Assembly (NCBI RefSeq): GCF_046119375.1
Contig: NW_027362773.1
Span: 110,794,001-110,858,000, forward strand
Source of the DNA: Phyllobates terribilis
Lineage: Eukaryota
Direction of reading: 5' to 3'
Length of the DNA: 64,000 nt
This document shows, in pieces, positions 35,901-47,800 of this stretch (its first letter is position 1; each line of letters starts with the position of its first letter). Both the position numbers and the translations under genes were made by a program. The notes under the pieces were generated by a model. That model was not told where the DNA came from and searched no databases. It worked only from the letters and a program-made list of their open reading frames with translations.

Positions 35901-37673
35901 AAGGCCTCGCTTGCGCGCAGCAGCTTCTCCAGCTTCTCCTGCACAGAGGACAGTCAGCAATGACACCATCTACAGAGAAACTTTCTCTTCACCATTGGAA
36001 AGCACTTACCTTAGGAACAGTAGGAACAAACTTTGTATCCCCAAAAGATTTGTAGTTTCCCATATTGGCAAAAAATCCGGCAGTGTAAACTAGGAGGGCC
36101 TGCAGGAATAAGAGGGGAGATACAGGACAGGATGACCATGAGTCCTTACCAGCACAGCACCGCAGACCGCACAGCTCAAGTCACTACAGGCCATGGTATT
36201 ATAATGAGTATAGTCCATTATAAAATAGTAGAAATACATTGTTTGTACTGAATGGAGAGACGGCACAATATAATATATTCTATCATGAGACTCCGACAAT
36301 TATTTGCTCAGGTTCTGCAAACATGAATGATCAATTCCCAGTTATTAAGAACCAGCAAAAGAAAGGAATGGAAGGATTGTCTACAACTCCAATTTCTGTC
36401 ACTGTCTCTTCTCTTGGATATAGGAGTATTTAACTTTTTTACTCTGCGCCTCACACCTAACAGGCAGGTAGTTTCCACCTACCTGCTTGCCTGTTGTGCC
36501 CGACACCGATCTCTGTCGAATCAGAGTGGTCACAGACCCCTCCTGCTGGTGATTCAGCGGCTTCTCTTCCACTCTGCTCTAATGACGGGACATGACTGCC
36601 AATGTCACGCTGATTAACAGCTGGCTCCCCGCTAACTACCTGAGGGGAGCCAGCAGTCAATCGGCAGGACGTCGTCAGTAACGTCCCATCGACAGAACAG
36701 CCCAGAAGAAGAATAGCTGCTCTGTTGACGTGGAGCAGCTGAATCCACCGGGGACCTCTCTGTCCCGCCCTGGATAGAAAAGGCTGGTAGCTGCCTCTTT
36801 TAGCAACTACCTCCCTGTTAGTTTTTAGGCCCATAGTAAAAGAAAATTAAAATAGTCCTGGACAACCCCTTTAAGAGGAGCTGTCCCATTAACATAATGT
36901 AGACCCCTGAACCACAGGTTAGGTATAAAATATACGATGGGTGTGGGTTCCACTGCTGTAACAAGAATGGTGGCCCCATGACCACGTGTGGAGAAGTGGT
37001 ACGCACATTCACAATCTATTCACAGTCTACTCTGTCGACGGGGCGTGACTGTTGATCTCATGCTGATTGACAGCTGGCTCCCCACAGTTAGGCAATGGGG
37101 AGCCGGCTGTCAACCAGCAATACACTGGCAGCCATCTCCCGTCAACAGAGTAGAGCAGAAGAAGCTGCTGAATTGCCGGCAGGCGTCGTCTGTGACCGCT
37201 CTGAGTCGGCAGAGATCGGTGCGGGGCACACACATGTACATTGCCACTGAATTCACACGGATACCAGTAGTCAGACCCTCACAATAGAAGCTCGTGACCC
37301 GTTAGATATCTGTAGAAGTCACAATACCTGCCCCACTACCCTCCTGATACAGAAGGGAGTGTAGCTGGAATACCCCTTTAATAAATTTACATACACCTAC
37401 CTGGTAGTCCTCATCAGTCATCCCCTGGGCCTGGGCCACTTCATGAAGCACAGAGGGCTCCTGCGCCCGGAAGAGCCTGTTAAGCAGAACGTATATGGCT
37501 GGAGATTCAGGCGAGGTCTGGAACAGAACAATCAGTCCTCCGTAAAATGACGCTCGAGACAAAAAATGGGTGTAAAGCTTCTCCTCCGTTGATAGAAGTG
37601 AAAAGGCCTCTTCACAATCAAGTAAAGCAACGGGAAGGTCATTGGGGAGGACGTACTGAGACGGGGCGGCCAT
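23746..37673 (-). CDS. DPP3: Dipeptidyl peptidase 3 (M49 metallopeptidase), 733 aa
   Basis: join complement(37401..37673,36010..36099,35801..35938,34640..34714,34476..34569,34254..34387,33454..33584,33316..33374,32754..32948,31432..31544,29212..29304,29049..29111,28532..28656,26204..26324,25437..25616,25135..25294,23746..23903) = 2202 nt, all GT/AG and in phase; HELLGH and EECRAE motifs. Confidence 0.97.
24140..24235 (+). mobile_element. Tc1/mariner (pogo/Tigger-like) terminal fragment
   Basis: ccgtattttttggactataagacgcac resembles the terminus of this class; followed by a minisatellite. Confidence 0.4.
24336..24575. repeat. Minisatellite with cccccatcctggtat core
   Basis: Imperfect tandem units of about 30-50 bp. 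Confidence 0.8.
24862..25042. mobile_element. Harbinger-like MITE copy
   Basis: GGCCA...TGGCCC termini, foldback. Confidence 0.65.
25135..25294 (-). CDS. DPP3: DPP3 coding exon 16
   Basis: [15 protein letters not shown]...[16 protein letters not shown]. Confidence 0.95.
25437..25616 (-). CDS. DPP3: DPP3 coding exon 15
   Basis: [18 protein letters not shown]...ERFLKKLQ. Confidence 0.95.
26204..26324 (-). CDS. DPP3: DPP3 coding exon 14
   Basis: [40 protein letters not shown]. Confidence 0.95.
26817..28400. repeat. Purine-rich (GGAAA/GCAAA) tandem low-complexity tract
   Basis: About 1.6 kb with almost no T on the plus strand; units of about 55 bp in the left half and a larger duplication in the right half. 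Confidence 0.95.
28532..28656 (-). CDS. DPP3: DPP3 coding exon 13
   Basis: [35 protein letters not shown]. Confidence 0.95.
29049..29111 (-). CDS. DPP3: DPP3 coding exon 12
   Basis: [21 protein letters not shown]. Confidence 0.95.
29212..29304 (-). CDS. DPP3: DPP3 coding exon 11
   Basis: [31 protein letters not shown]. Confidence 0.96.
29695..29975. mobile_element. Palindromic Penelope-like remnant with degenerate hammerhead motifs
   Basis: Inverted arms 29695-29817 / 29855-29975, each carrying GAAACGCGT reading outward. Confidence 0.6.
31432..31544 (-). CDS. DPP3: DPP3 coding exon 10
   Basis: [37 protein letters not shown]. Confidence 0.95.
31850..32394. repeat. 22-bp minisatellite, about 25 copies
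   Basis: Unit ctagacagcacgtggccgacga with ordered variants. Confidence 0.95.
32754..32948 (-). CDS. DPP3: DPP3 coding exon 9
   Basis: FVAVVNK...[32 protein letters not shown]. Confidence 0.96.
33316..33374 (-). CDS. DPP3: DPP3 coding exon 8
   Basis: [19 protein letters not shown]. Confidence 0.95.
33454..33584 (-). CDS. DPP3: DPP3 coding exon 7
   Basis: [15 protein letters not shown]...[17 protein letters not shown]. Confidence 0.95.
33907..34106. repeat. 23-24 bp minisatellite with CCCCATGGGG palindrome, about 9 copies
   Basis: Unit ccccatggggcactccacgcatt, inside a TTAA-bounded MITE (about 33745-34125). Confidence 0.93.
34254..34387 (-). CDS. DPP3: DPP3 coding exon 6
   Basis: [10 protein letters not shown]...[22 protein letters not shown]. 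Confidence 0.93.
34476..34569 (-). CDS. DPP3: DPP3 coding exon 5
   Basis: [28 protein letters not shown]. Confidence 0.95.
34640..34714 (-). CDS. DPP3: DPP3 coding exon 4
   Basis: [25 protein letters not shown]. Confidence 0.95.
35099..35442. mobile_element. T2/Kolobok-type MITE
   Basis: TTAA-GGGGCTGTC...ACAACCCCT-TTAA; same family as 16802-17122. Confidence 0.7.
35801..35938 (-). CDS. DPP3: DPP3 coding exon 3
   Basis: [13 protein letters not shown]...[16 protein letters not shown]. Confidence 0.93.
36010..36099 (-). CDS. DPP3: DPP3 coding exon 2
   Basis: [30 protein letters not shown]. Confidence 0.95.
37401..37673 (-). CDS. DPP3: DPP3 coding exon 1
   Basis: [12 protein letters not shown]...[17 protein letters not shown]...DEDYQ; acceptor at 37692/37693. 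Confidence 0.95.
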
Positions 37674-37834
37674 GATTCCAATAACGGTGTCCCTGAAAGA
37701 TACAAAGAGGACATTTTTCTTATTCCTCATTCATCATGTTGGATCCTACAGTCATAAAGGCTCGTACGAGAAGACAGCGGAGTGATGACCAGTAGCCATT
37801 GTCCTTTAGGCCATTTAGAGAGACTGAAGAAAGA

Positions 37835-38229
37835 GTATAATGTCCCCATCCTGGGCTGCTTCCTGGTATAATGTCCCCTATCCTGGGCTGCATTCCTGGT
37901 ATAATGTCCCCCATCCTGGGCTTCTTCTTGGTATAATGTCCCCCATCCTGTGCCGCTTCCTGGTATAATGTCCCCCATCCTGTGCCGCTTCCTGGTATAA
38001 AGTCCCTCATCCTGGGCCGCTTCCTGGTATAATGTCCCCCATCCTGGTATAATGTCCCCCATCCTGGGCCGCTTCCTGGTATAATGTCCCCCATCCTGGG
38101 CCGCTTCCTGATATAATGTCCCCCATCCTGGGCCGCTTCCTGATATAATGTCCCCCATCCTGGGCCGCTTCCTGATATAATGTCCCCCATCCTGGGCCGC
38201 TTCCTGATATAATGTCCCCCATCCTGGGT
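37835..38229. repeat. 32-bp minisatellite, about 12 copies
   Basis: Unit gtataatgtcccccatcctgggccgcttcctg. Confidence 0.93.
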
Positions 38230-38504
38230 CTATGTGCTGCAATACATTTCAGCTGAATGAGCATCCTGGGACACACATCTAGCTGAAAGAGTCGCTGGCG
38301 TCGGCGTGTCCCGCTCCCACACGGGCCTGATGCCTCTCCAGAACGAGCCTGATCGCACCCTCTGCGATCGCTACGTCCATGCCAAGAGGTAGATCCTTGA
38401 CGGCTTCTCCCGGCCCCGATCCCCTAGACTAACAAGTCTCTCCCTGTGTGTTATGGGGTCTCTGATTCATGCTGCTTGAGGTTCAGGTTCCCTTTGGTTT
38501 TCCA

Positions 38505-38872
38505 GTTTTAGGCTATATGCCCACGATCAGGAGCTGCTGCGGGTTTGACGCTGTGTTTTATGCAGCGTCAAACCCGCAGCATCCAGATGTTACAGCATAG
38601 TGGATGGGATTTGGAGAAATCCCATGTCCACTATGCGTCTTCGTGCACCTGCGGAAACTGACATGCGGAGCGTCTTTTAAGACCGCAGCATATCAATTTC
38701 TATTGAGGAGTCACTAGTCTCCACAAGGGAAATTAGATCAATGCAATGTATTGGATGCGGTGAATCCGCATGGTTCAATGAACCCATGCGGATTCACCTG
38801 CGTTCATATAATGCAGCATAAAGTATGCTGCGTCCAAAATGCTGCCTGTCCAGATGGTGTGCACACGCCCTT
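38505..38872. mobile_element. Harbinger-like MITE
   Basis: ggctatatgcccacg...tgtgcacacgccc-tta termini; related copy at 49540-49877. Confidence 0.55.
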
Positions 38873-39499
38873 AGAAAACTCCTGCTCCCTGGCTGCAGTT
38901 TGTTTAAAAAATACTCTACTCACCCTCTCCAGGTCCAGTGCAGAATGCTGCTCCCAGCATCTGATATTATCTGCAATGAGGACGTCACGTTGACTGCGCT
39001 ACAGCCAATCACTAAGCTCAGCGGCTCTACCCGACTTGACGGCATGTGCTCTTTGATTGGCTGCAGCGCGGTTGGCGTGACGTCTATACTACAGACAATA
39101 ACTGACACCGGAAACAGCAATGGAGACTCAGCAATGGACCAGGGGAGGGTGAGTATTTTTTAAAAACAAACTACAGCCTGGAACAGGGCTTTTCCAAAAC
39201 TGGAAAATCCCTTTAAATCAGGAGTCTTATCTATTTGGCTGCTTGCTTGTTGTCTGGGACCCCTGCATCTTGTAGAACCATTAATTATTTACTTATACAG
39301 ATGGGTGCTTAAGTTTTTGGAACAAGTGTCCATTAAAGAAGTTGTTGGCGTATAGCGCATGTCAATGCCAGACTGGGGGGGGGTGACACCAATGTGTACA
39401 CAATAGAAGACCTTTGAGCACCATAGACTCCATCCAGCTCAGCCCCATCCACACATTACGTCATTCTCATTCATACACTCCGCTCCCTTATGGCTCAGC

Positions 39500-39830
39500 T
39501 CATGATGACGTCACGTAACGGACACACGTTCATCTGTAGTCACACGTTCACACAGCTCCGCTCACCTGCTGCGGCTCCGAAGAAAAGAAGCACAAGAAAA
39601 GCCACTTCCGGGTTACAGCACTAGTTAATCAATAACCCCGCCCACAAAGTGCTCGAACCAATCAACAGTGCCCTATAATATGCATATACAGTAGCAGGGA
39701 GGGGGCGTGACTTAACGGTATAAAGCGTTCTGAGCGCAACCAATGAGCGCTACACTTGTAATAGATTGACAGCTACTTCGACCTATGAGGGATAAGAAAA
39801 GATTGATTAACCAATCACAGCTCTTTTCGT
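39500..39830 (-). promoter_or_regulatory. DPP3 promoter region
   Basis: ETS motif CCGGAAGTG near 39604-39612, GC boxes, several CCAAT boxes (about 39658, 39740, 39811), perfect CRE TGACGTCA 39506-39513. Confidence 0.55.
39566..39620 (-). other. DPP3: DPP3 non-coding first exon (5' end approximate)
   Basis: ccggaagtgg...cggagccgcagcag/gtgagc donor in a CpG-rich patch; the coding exon has an acceptor only 19 nt before the ATG. Confidence 0.65.
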
Positions 39831-41449
39831 CCAAAATGGGTTTGTGCAGGATGCTATTTACTGGCCATAAGTATAATAATGGCTGCCTCCATTGTTTACT
39901 ATAAACAGGTCCAGGACGCTATTAAAAACTACGAGACTCATAGAAATCAGCATGTTCTGCTTGTTTTTTCCTTTCCTGCTGCTCTTATAGGCTATTACCA
40001 ACTATGAAAAACTTTTGCTTCCTAAAACTGATTTTAAAGGGGTATTCCCATCTCGAGAACGGGACCCTGTCTCGTGCTTGTACCTGCTCCATTCACTTCT
40101 ATGGGAGCCAAGTAAAAACATGCCCCATTGTCAAAATGACGAGTTCGAGAGGAGAGAGCTTTATATATCAGCCATTTATGGCTTATTTTTTGGAAACGGG
40201 AAGATCCCTTTCAATTTAAAACATGTAGGCAATGGCATATGATGGTGCCTAGTCCGGAGCATTTTCCATCAGCAGCTGCTTCATAGAAGTGACATGCACG
40301 CTCTTTTCTCCTACCGGAAATGTTCAAACCTCAATGACTGAACATATGAACAGTAGAAATTAATAGGAAGAGTGTTTAAAGCATTTTATATGCCATTTCA
40401 GACTAAGTCGTAGGCTGGACCACTTGTAGGTTTAAGTTCTTTGAATGGTTAAGACTTACACACTTGACGCCGGTCCTAGTAAAAAGCGTGCTGGAGAAAT
40501 ACTCTCCTTAATTAAGAGATGTCTCTTAATAAATAAGGCACATCGCTTGGCGTAACCTATATTACATTTGCCAGGCCACACGTGGTCCCACACCCTTCCA
40601 CTAAGCTTAACTTCGACTTATATAGTACACACATAATGATCTCAGGAAAGGTGCTGGGCGAATACAAGTAATGCAAAACCATCGCACAAAATAGCTGTCA
40701 CTGTTTGGACACGTCAAGCTGAGCACCACCGCTTTTTACTAACTGGGGTTGTCAAGTAAAAACAAGTTATAATCAATCCACAGGATAGGTAATAACTGAC
40801 TGATCGGTGACGGTCCAACCGCTGGGACCTGCACCAATCGGCCCTTTTGTCATGGTTATCCTCAGGGGCGGACATATCATTGATGCAACTTGGGGCCCAA
40901 GAGGTAAGGGGGCCACTACCACCTCCAAAGCAGGTGAAATTTTGCATTTTTAGGAGCTCTTGGACTGCAAAGAGCCCATATATTATTGCTCTTGCACAGG
41001 GGTCCTTTGCTGTCTGTCTCCGCCAGTGGTTAGCACGGAGCAGCAGTGCACATGCCCGACCTCCACTCCATTCATTCCCTATGGGGCTGCTGAGCGCAGT
41101 GCTCTGCTTTTTCCAACAACTCCATAAGAGAATGAAGGGAGCAGCGGTGGAGCATACGCACTGCCGTGCCATTCCAAAAAGGATAAAAGTGCCCCGTTCT
41201 GCAGCTCACAGCAGTTGGGCCCCCAGTAACATCACTTTTCCTGCTAATAGGCAATAATTTGTTTTCATTGGACAAACCCCTTTAAATACCATACAAGTGT
41301 TTGGGAGATATGGAAACAGCATAGGAACGTGAACAAGCTGAGCTTTTATTAATCCATTTTTTTTTTCAGTGCGGGTCCATACAATTCCTATGTTTCTATA
41401 TGTATATAGATTTGTCTCCTTTTGCCCTATATAACTATTTCCTCATTAA

Positions 41450-42086
41450 CCCCTTCCCATCTGAACTAGTTTGACTTTTTGCACCTTTGTGGGGGTTTTT
41501 CTCTTTCTTTTTATATACTTTTCTCCTTACGAGACGAGTTGCAGTTTTGAATGACACCATTCAATTTCCTAAAAAAAATGTAAAAAAATGTTCTAAGTGA
41601 GGTGAAAATGTGATCATCCCCCTCCACAATTTCACTATTGTTTTTCTTGGCTTTCGTTTTTACGATATTCAATATGTCATATAAATTATTTATATATATA
41701 TATATATATATAAATTTGGTATCGTACTGACCTAAAGATTCACATTACTGGGTCATTTCTACTACAAGATAAACTCTGCAAAAATTGAACCCACCCCCCA
41801 CAAAAAAAAAAATTGCGGAATTGCATTTTTATTTTTAACCATTTTACCTCACTTGGAATTTTTTTTAGGAAACTTTTCAATAGTGTCATTCAAAACTACA
41901 AATTGTCCTGCAAACAACAAGCCCTCCTACAGCTACGTCGTTAGAAAGATTAGAAGAATGGAAAAAAACTATGGCCCTTAGAAGAAGCCTTATTCTAAGT
42001 GCCATAACTTTTTTCAGGTAGGGGAGGAAAAAAAAGAAAAGTGCATACATTTAAAAAAAAAAAAAAATGACCCAATCATGAAGGGG
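41450..42086. mobile_element. Non-autonomous piggyBac-like element
   Basis: TTAA-CCCCTTC...GAAGGGG-TTAA. Confidence 0.7.
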
Positions 42087-42269
42087 TTAAATATGCACTC
42101 TGCCATTCTGGGAGAAGGTTCCATTCTCTTCTGCGTGTTCTTTATACAATCGGCTTTATGTATCATCAATGTAACTACAGATGGACTACAACAAAATGTC
42201 TCCTTCCCGGGGATACGTACTCTCAATGTTATTTCTTCCTGGTGCTCACTCTACTTTTCAATCCAAGGA

Positions 42270-42534
42270 TTATCCCGACCAATAGGAAGTGGAGGAGGGA
42301 CTTGTGTTAGACACGATTGTCCAATGAAAAGCGCGTATTCTACAGTCGGCTAGATTTGATGTGTGAATGGCGATTGTTGCGGTTACGCCCACTTTTCTTT
42401 GCAGCCAATAAGGTTTGTCCTTCAGAAGAGCGTTCTGTCACATGTGGTTGAAGGTCGGAGGGTGTAAATGCGGGCTGCGATACACAGGCGGTGCAGAAGT
42501 GGTAATTGAGGCCCCGGCTTCTCGTAGGCCTGAG
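42270..42534 (+). promoter_or_regulatory. Probable MRPL11 promoter and non-coding first exon
   Basis: Three CCAAT boxes and GGAAGT motif in 42270-42415, CpG-rich, donor ctgag/gtaact after 42534; the first coding exon has an acceptor 2 nt before the ATG. Confidence 0.5.
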
Positions 42535-42804
42535 GTAACTTATTGTAAGCTGAGTGGTGCTGAGGACAGTGATGGAAGCAGAGGTGTTAGACCGCCGACA
42601 TTACTGCACAGCTGTGGGGCATGGACAGACATTCAGGGTGACTTCACCCCATGTATTAATGTTTGCAGATCATAAGTGATCCCTTTCCTAAGGGATCTCA
42701 CTGATCCTGAGAATGGAGCTCTGCAGAGGCTGTCTGGAGTAGAGGTGAGGTGCACATGTGCGACCTCCACTCCATTCATTGTCTATGAGACTGTCTAACA
42801 CAGC

Positions 42805-43497
42805 GGAGAGCTGTGCTCTGCAGCAGAACCATAGACCGTGCATGTGTAGAGCACAGCTGTCAGGATGCAGAGCCCCGAATAGCAGAGCGCTGTGCTCTGC
42901 AGCAGAACCATAGACCGTGCATGTGGAGATCACTGCTGCTCCAGACCAGCTCTGCAGAGCACAGCTCTCAGGATGCAGAGCCCCAATAGCAGAGCCCTGT
43001 GCTCTGCAGCAGAACCATAGACCGTGCATGTGTAGATCACCGCTGCTCCAGACCAGCTCTGCAGAGCACAGCTCTCAGGATGCAGAGCCCCGAATAGCAG
43101 AGCCCTGTGCTCTGCAGCAGAACCATAGACCGTGCATGTGTAGATCACCGCTGCTCCAGACCAGCTCTGCGGAGCACAGCTCTCAGGATGCAGAGCCCCG
43201 AATAGCAGAGCGCTGTACTCTGCAGCAGAACCATAGACCGTGCATGTGTAGATCACTGCTGCTCCAGACCGGCTCTGCAGAGCACAGCTCTCAGGATGCA
43301 GAGCCCCGAATAGCAGAGCGCTGTACTCTGCAGCAGAACTATAGACCGTGCATGTGCAGAGCACAGCTCTCAGTATGCAGAGCCCGAAATAGCGGAGCGC
43401 TGTGCTTTGCAGCAGAACTGTAGACCGTGCCTGTGTAGATAACTGCTGCTCCAGACCGACTCTGCGGCGTACAGCTCTCAGGATGCAGAGCCCCAAT
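42805..43497. repeat. 108-bp tandem repeat, about 6.5 copies (two shortened)
   Basis: Unit agcagaaccatagaccgtgcatgtgtagatcaccgctgctcc...tgtgctctgc. Confidence 0.92.
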
Positions 43498-44687
43498 AAT
43501 GAAATCACTGGGGGGCCAGGGGTTGGACCCTCAGTGATGTGTAAGGTATCCCCCCATTCCTTTGGATAGGTGTAGGATTGGTGCAAATCGTTTCACAGGA
43601 CCCAGTACATTGGTCATGACAGTGATCTGTGAGCCCTGAGAAGCGCCTCCTACCTGACAGCATCCGCACATTTTGATTAGCTGCCTGGTGTCACTTCACC
43701 TGTGTGTCATGGCTGCAATCAAAAGTAGAGCTGTTGATGCTGTTCTTCTGTGCAGCAGCCACGGGCGACTGTTGTGGCCTATGGATATGGTCACACAAAT
43801 CACTTTGCACCTACTCTCAAAAGGGGGTGACTTCCAATTTTTGGAAAAAAACCCTTTAAAAGGAATCTGCCACCTGCATGTTGTCCATTATGAAAATTTG
43901 CGATCTTTTGGGATAGTTTGTATAAAAGATGTATTTACTGTGTTATTTTCTGCAGGCAAAACTTGCTCTCTTGGCAGTAAAGTAGCTGCTTAAAAAAGGC
44001 AGGTTTTGCTGCGTTTTTTACTCTGTTTTTCATGCTCATACCGTTTAGTACCTGTTATTGTTCCTGAGTTTTCTGCACCAAAAACGCATCAAAACCTGAT
44101 ATCTGGGTTTTTGCACTTATTGCTTTCTATGGGTGAAAAAACGCTGTGACATGATGCTTCTTTCAAAAACGCAACAGTTTTCCAATTCAGTCAGGGGGAA
44201 AAAAAAACAATGTGTGTGCATTAGATTTCTGAAGTCTCAACTTTTGCTGGTACTGTAAAACACTGCTTTTAATTTGCATAAAAAAAACGCAACGTGTGAA
44301 CATAGTTAGTCCTTCTACAGCTAACCCTACTTATGTGAGGGACACGGGAATCAACTGAGCGCTTCTGTCCCTTTTTTATTTTAGCGATCGGTGGGATTTT
44401 TATCCCCCAGGCGCCCAACTATCAAGACTTATGAAATGTCAAAAAGTTTTCCGAATGCTCGGTTCCTCTTCTCTAATTCATAGTAAGGCTGGTGCTACAT
44501 GGTGACTTTGGCTGTGACGTATGCGCTAGGTGCCTCTGTTACATTGCAGCGCCATACAAGTTGATGGGGTCACATTGCTTCTATAACAAGCAAGTCACAA
44601 AAAGTTCATCCGCGCCGGATTTCTTCCAACTTGCTTTTCGGGGTCTTAATGCAACTGAATTTGTGTACAATCTTCTTTCTTGCAGAT

Positions 44688-44810
44688 ATGTCTAAGGCTT
44701 CCCGTGCAGTGAAAGCAGTGAAGAAAACTGATGTCGCTGGTGTGATTCGAGCGCTGGTGGGAGCTGGACAGGCGGCACCAGGACCTCCTTTGGGACCCAC
44801 CTTGGGACAG
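44688..44810 (+). CDS. MRPL11: MRPL11 coding exon 1
   Basis: [41 protein letters not shown]. Confidence 0.95.
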
Positions 44811-47800
44811 GTCTGCAAGTCGCCGGGCTGGGCTGGGTCTTATTATTATTATTATTATTATTATTCTTTTTACATGTGAAAAAGGGGTATACATGGCAAA
44901 CGCCACATATTGGCCACTGCATTTCCATGATGGCTAGGCAAGAACATTAAAGTTTCAGAAAAGCTTTGTTATTTTCCACCTTCACTTGACTATCATCACC
45001 TCTCGCACAGACATAAGTCCCCTACTACTGATCTGTGGGATTCCCTGTAGTGGAACCAACACGGATCTCACAATCCCTATGTGCTGATATTTGATGATGG
45101 GAATACCTCTGTAAAAGGCTTATTCCAGTCTTGGACATCATAGAAGTAGTGAAGGGTTCTCATTTTCTGGTCTTTTCAGTATATAGCCTCATTCACACAG
45201 TGATTTCTCATACAGACTGATTTTCATCAGTGTTTTAGATCAGATTACCAATGGGAGTAGAGGGTGCTCCATACTACTTGAAGGGTTCTTCCAGTCTCTG
45301 CCTCTGACAGGTCTCCTCCATGATGCCTGTCAATCGCCTGGAGCGGCGCTGGGAGAAGCTGTCCGGTTCGGTGCCGGACTAGTCTCTTGCTATGGTTTGG
45401 GCAGCATGATTCAGGTGACAGGTTCCCTTCTATGGGAGTTACTCATATATAGAGTCGCACAGCTGCCCTCAGATGTATTCACAAACCTTTCTGTGGTGGC
45501 CAGGACCTAGAAGCAGTTATTCCCATCTTGGCCATGAAAGGCAGACATGTAAATAATCTTAAGACTTGGCCCACAGTCAACAGAAAACTCCACTCTAAAT
45601 CCACCGGCAAATTTGTACTCAACACAGACTTAAAGAGAATATGTAATCTGAGATCAGCATGATGCAGGGATAGAGACCCTGATTCCAGGGTTGTATATGT
45701 TTTTTTTCCTTTTCAATAACATCAGTGTTTTATCAGCAGGAGATTATCACTACCTCCTGGTCAAACCACTCCCACACCACTTATTGGAAGCTTTCTTTCA
45801 ATATACACAGAAAGCAGCCAATCAGTGATGTGGGCGGGGTTATACACAGCTCAGCATTCCGAGCTCTGCTAGATCTACCGCTGAGAAAACAGTGATTATA
45901 TCACAACTGCTGCACCCAAGAAACTGGGTGATACATGGCTGGAATCAGGGTCTCTGCCCCTATTTCATGCTGCACTCAGATTGCATAGCAAAAATCTGCT
46001 GACTAGTGATGAGCGAGTATGTATTATTGTTAACCCCTGTTCGACAGGCAATCCCTGCATGTGTCACAGCTGTCTAACAGCCGTGACACTTGCTGCGGCG
46101 ACAGTAACAGAAATGCTAAGCATGCCGAAAACACTCGGCGAGCACCCGAGCGTGCTCACCAAAATGGTTAACAATACATACTTGCTGAGACTTTTAACAC
46201 CTCCATTGAGAGGGGGAAAACTTTGGTGACTTTTAGCAATTTCAGTAAGTAAGTTAAAGCCATGACTAACACTTGGAAAGGCTTGATGAATGATTTGATG
46301 TACTATATATGGGAGCAGTCTACCAGATCCTTCGTTCTCCTTGAAGGAAAACGTACAGCTTCAGAGGCTTTGACTCAAGGAGCATTTGGTCATCAGCGGT
46401 CTAATGGGCCAGCTCTAGTGGTCCTGTGCCATTTCTTATCACGTGTTTTTTTTTTTTGCTGTTTTGTTTTTTTCATATAAATGCATTTGGTTAATTGGAA
46501 AATTTGCAGACAATTTAACAAAAAAGTTTCTTTGATATAGAGAGGTATCCCGATCGGTCAGTTTTGTAAGGAGTTCAATGAGAGGACCAAAGACATCATT
46601 GACGGAGTGCCCCTGAGAGTGAAGATTCATGTTAATGTGAGTGTCTATAACAAAGGTTTCATTCCATTTCCCATTCTTCTTTTCGGTATATTATGCTTGC
46701 TTTTGAGTCTGTATCTGATTCTAGGTCACATTTTGCTGCTATGCTGGGTTCAGCCGACTTTTGTCGAATGTGAATGGCGCCCTCTGGAAACAAAGTTGGC
46801 TGAACCTGCTTATCGATCGATCATCTGACATGTATGGGGGCCTCTCGACTCTCAATAGAGAAAAAGGATCCAGCAGTTGGAATTTTCCTTTGTTTTTAGG
46901 GTAGATTAACCGCTGCCAGAGGAGTCTGATTGTGCTTTTTCTTCTCGTGTACGCTCAGCCAAGCTTAACGTTCATTTCTATGGGAGAGCTATCCGATGGC
47001 GGCCATGCTTTTTACTGAGTGAGCCCATTACAAGACATTTAGGCTAATATAATGGGTGACCACTGACCTAAAGTGTTTATTTAGAGGATGCCTTAAATTG
47101 TTTTCCTGCATTGGTGACCCTTGGTATAATTTCCTAAAGTAAGTTTCTATTGGAAGGATCTATGATATCAATGAATATTACAAATATTTATTTAGTCTTT
47201 TTATTTAAGCAATGGAGCCTTTAACTAATGATGGAATGTCAAAGAAATTCACGTTCCCTGCAATTGGCTTGCAAGTTTTTCTGTAAAATGCAGGAATTTT
47301 GCAAAAAAAGTATCAACTTGTATGTATTTCATTTTTTTACATTATGAATCAATAGGCTATGCAGACAGCTTTATGGCATACTGTATAGTTGCACACACTG
47401 GAGCTTTACCTCTTACATGTGTGCAAATATGCTATATTAATAATGGTGATGCAAAATGTAGCTTAGAAAAAGATGACAACACAAAAATGAAAATTTGCTG
47501 CAGTCTTCAGGGGTTAATTCTGTTGCAATGTTCAACTATTAAAGGGAACCTGTGCGCTTATTCCTGCTGCCCAAACCACGCACAGCATGAATCCTCGCCT
47601 GGCTACACGATTGCAGCCAAGTATATTTTCCTCTGAAGCTCTGGCCATGGACCATAGCCGGAGACCAGACTAGTCCAGCGCCGCCTGAGCTGATTCTTCA
47701 CACTATATTTTTCCCCGAAATTCTGGAGATAAAAACATACCTGCTGCAATTGTGCAGCCAGGCTTTGACTCGTGCTGTCTGTGGTTTAGGCAGCATGAAT

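Noticed and set aside
37720-38276. Repetitive ORFs (GWGTLYQEAAQDGGHY) upstream of DPP3 as an N-terminal extension
   Set aside because: They come from the minisatellite; a strong acceptor precedes the real ATG exon.
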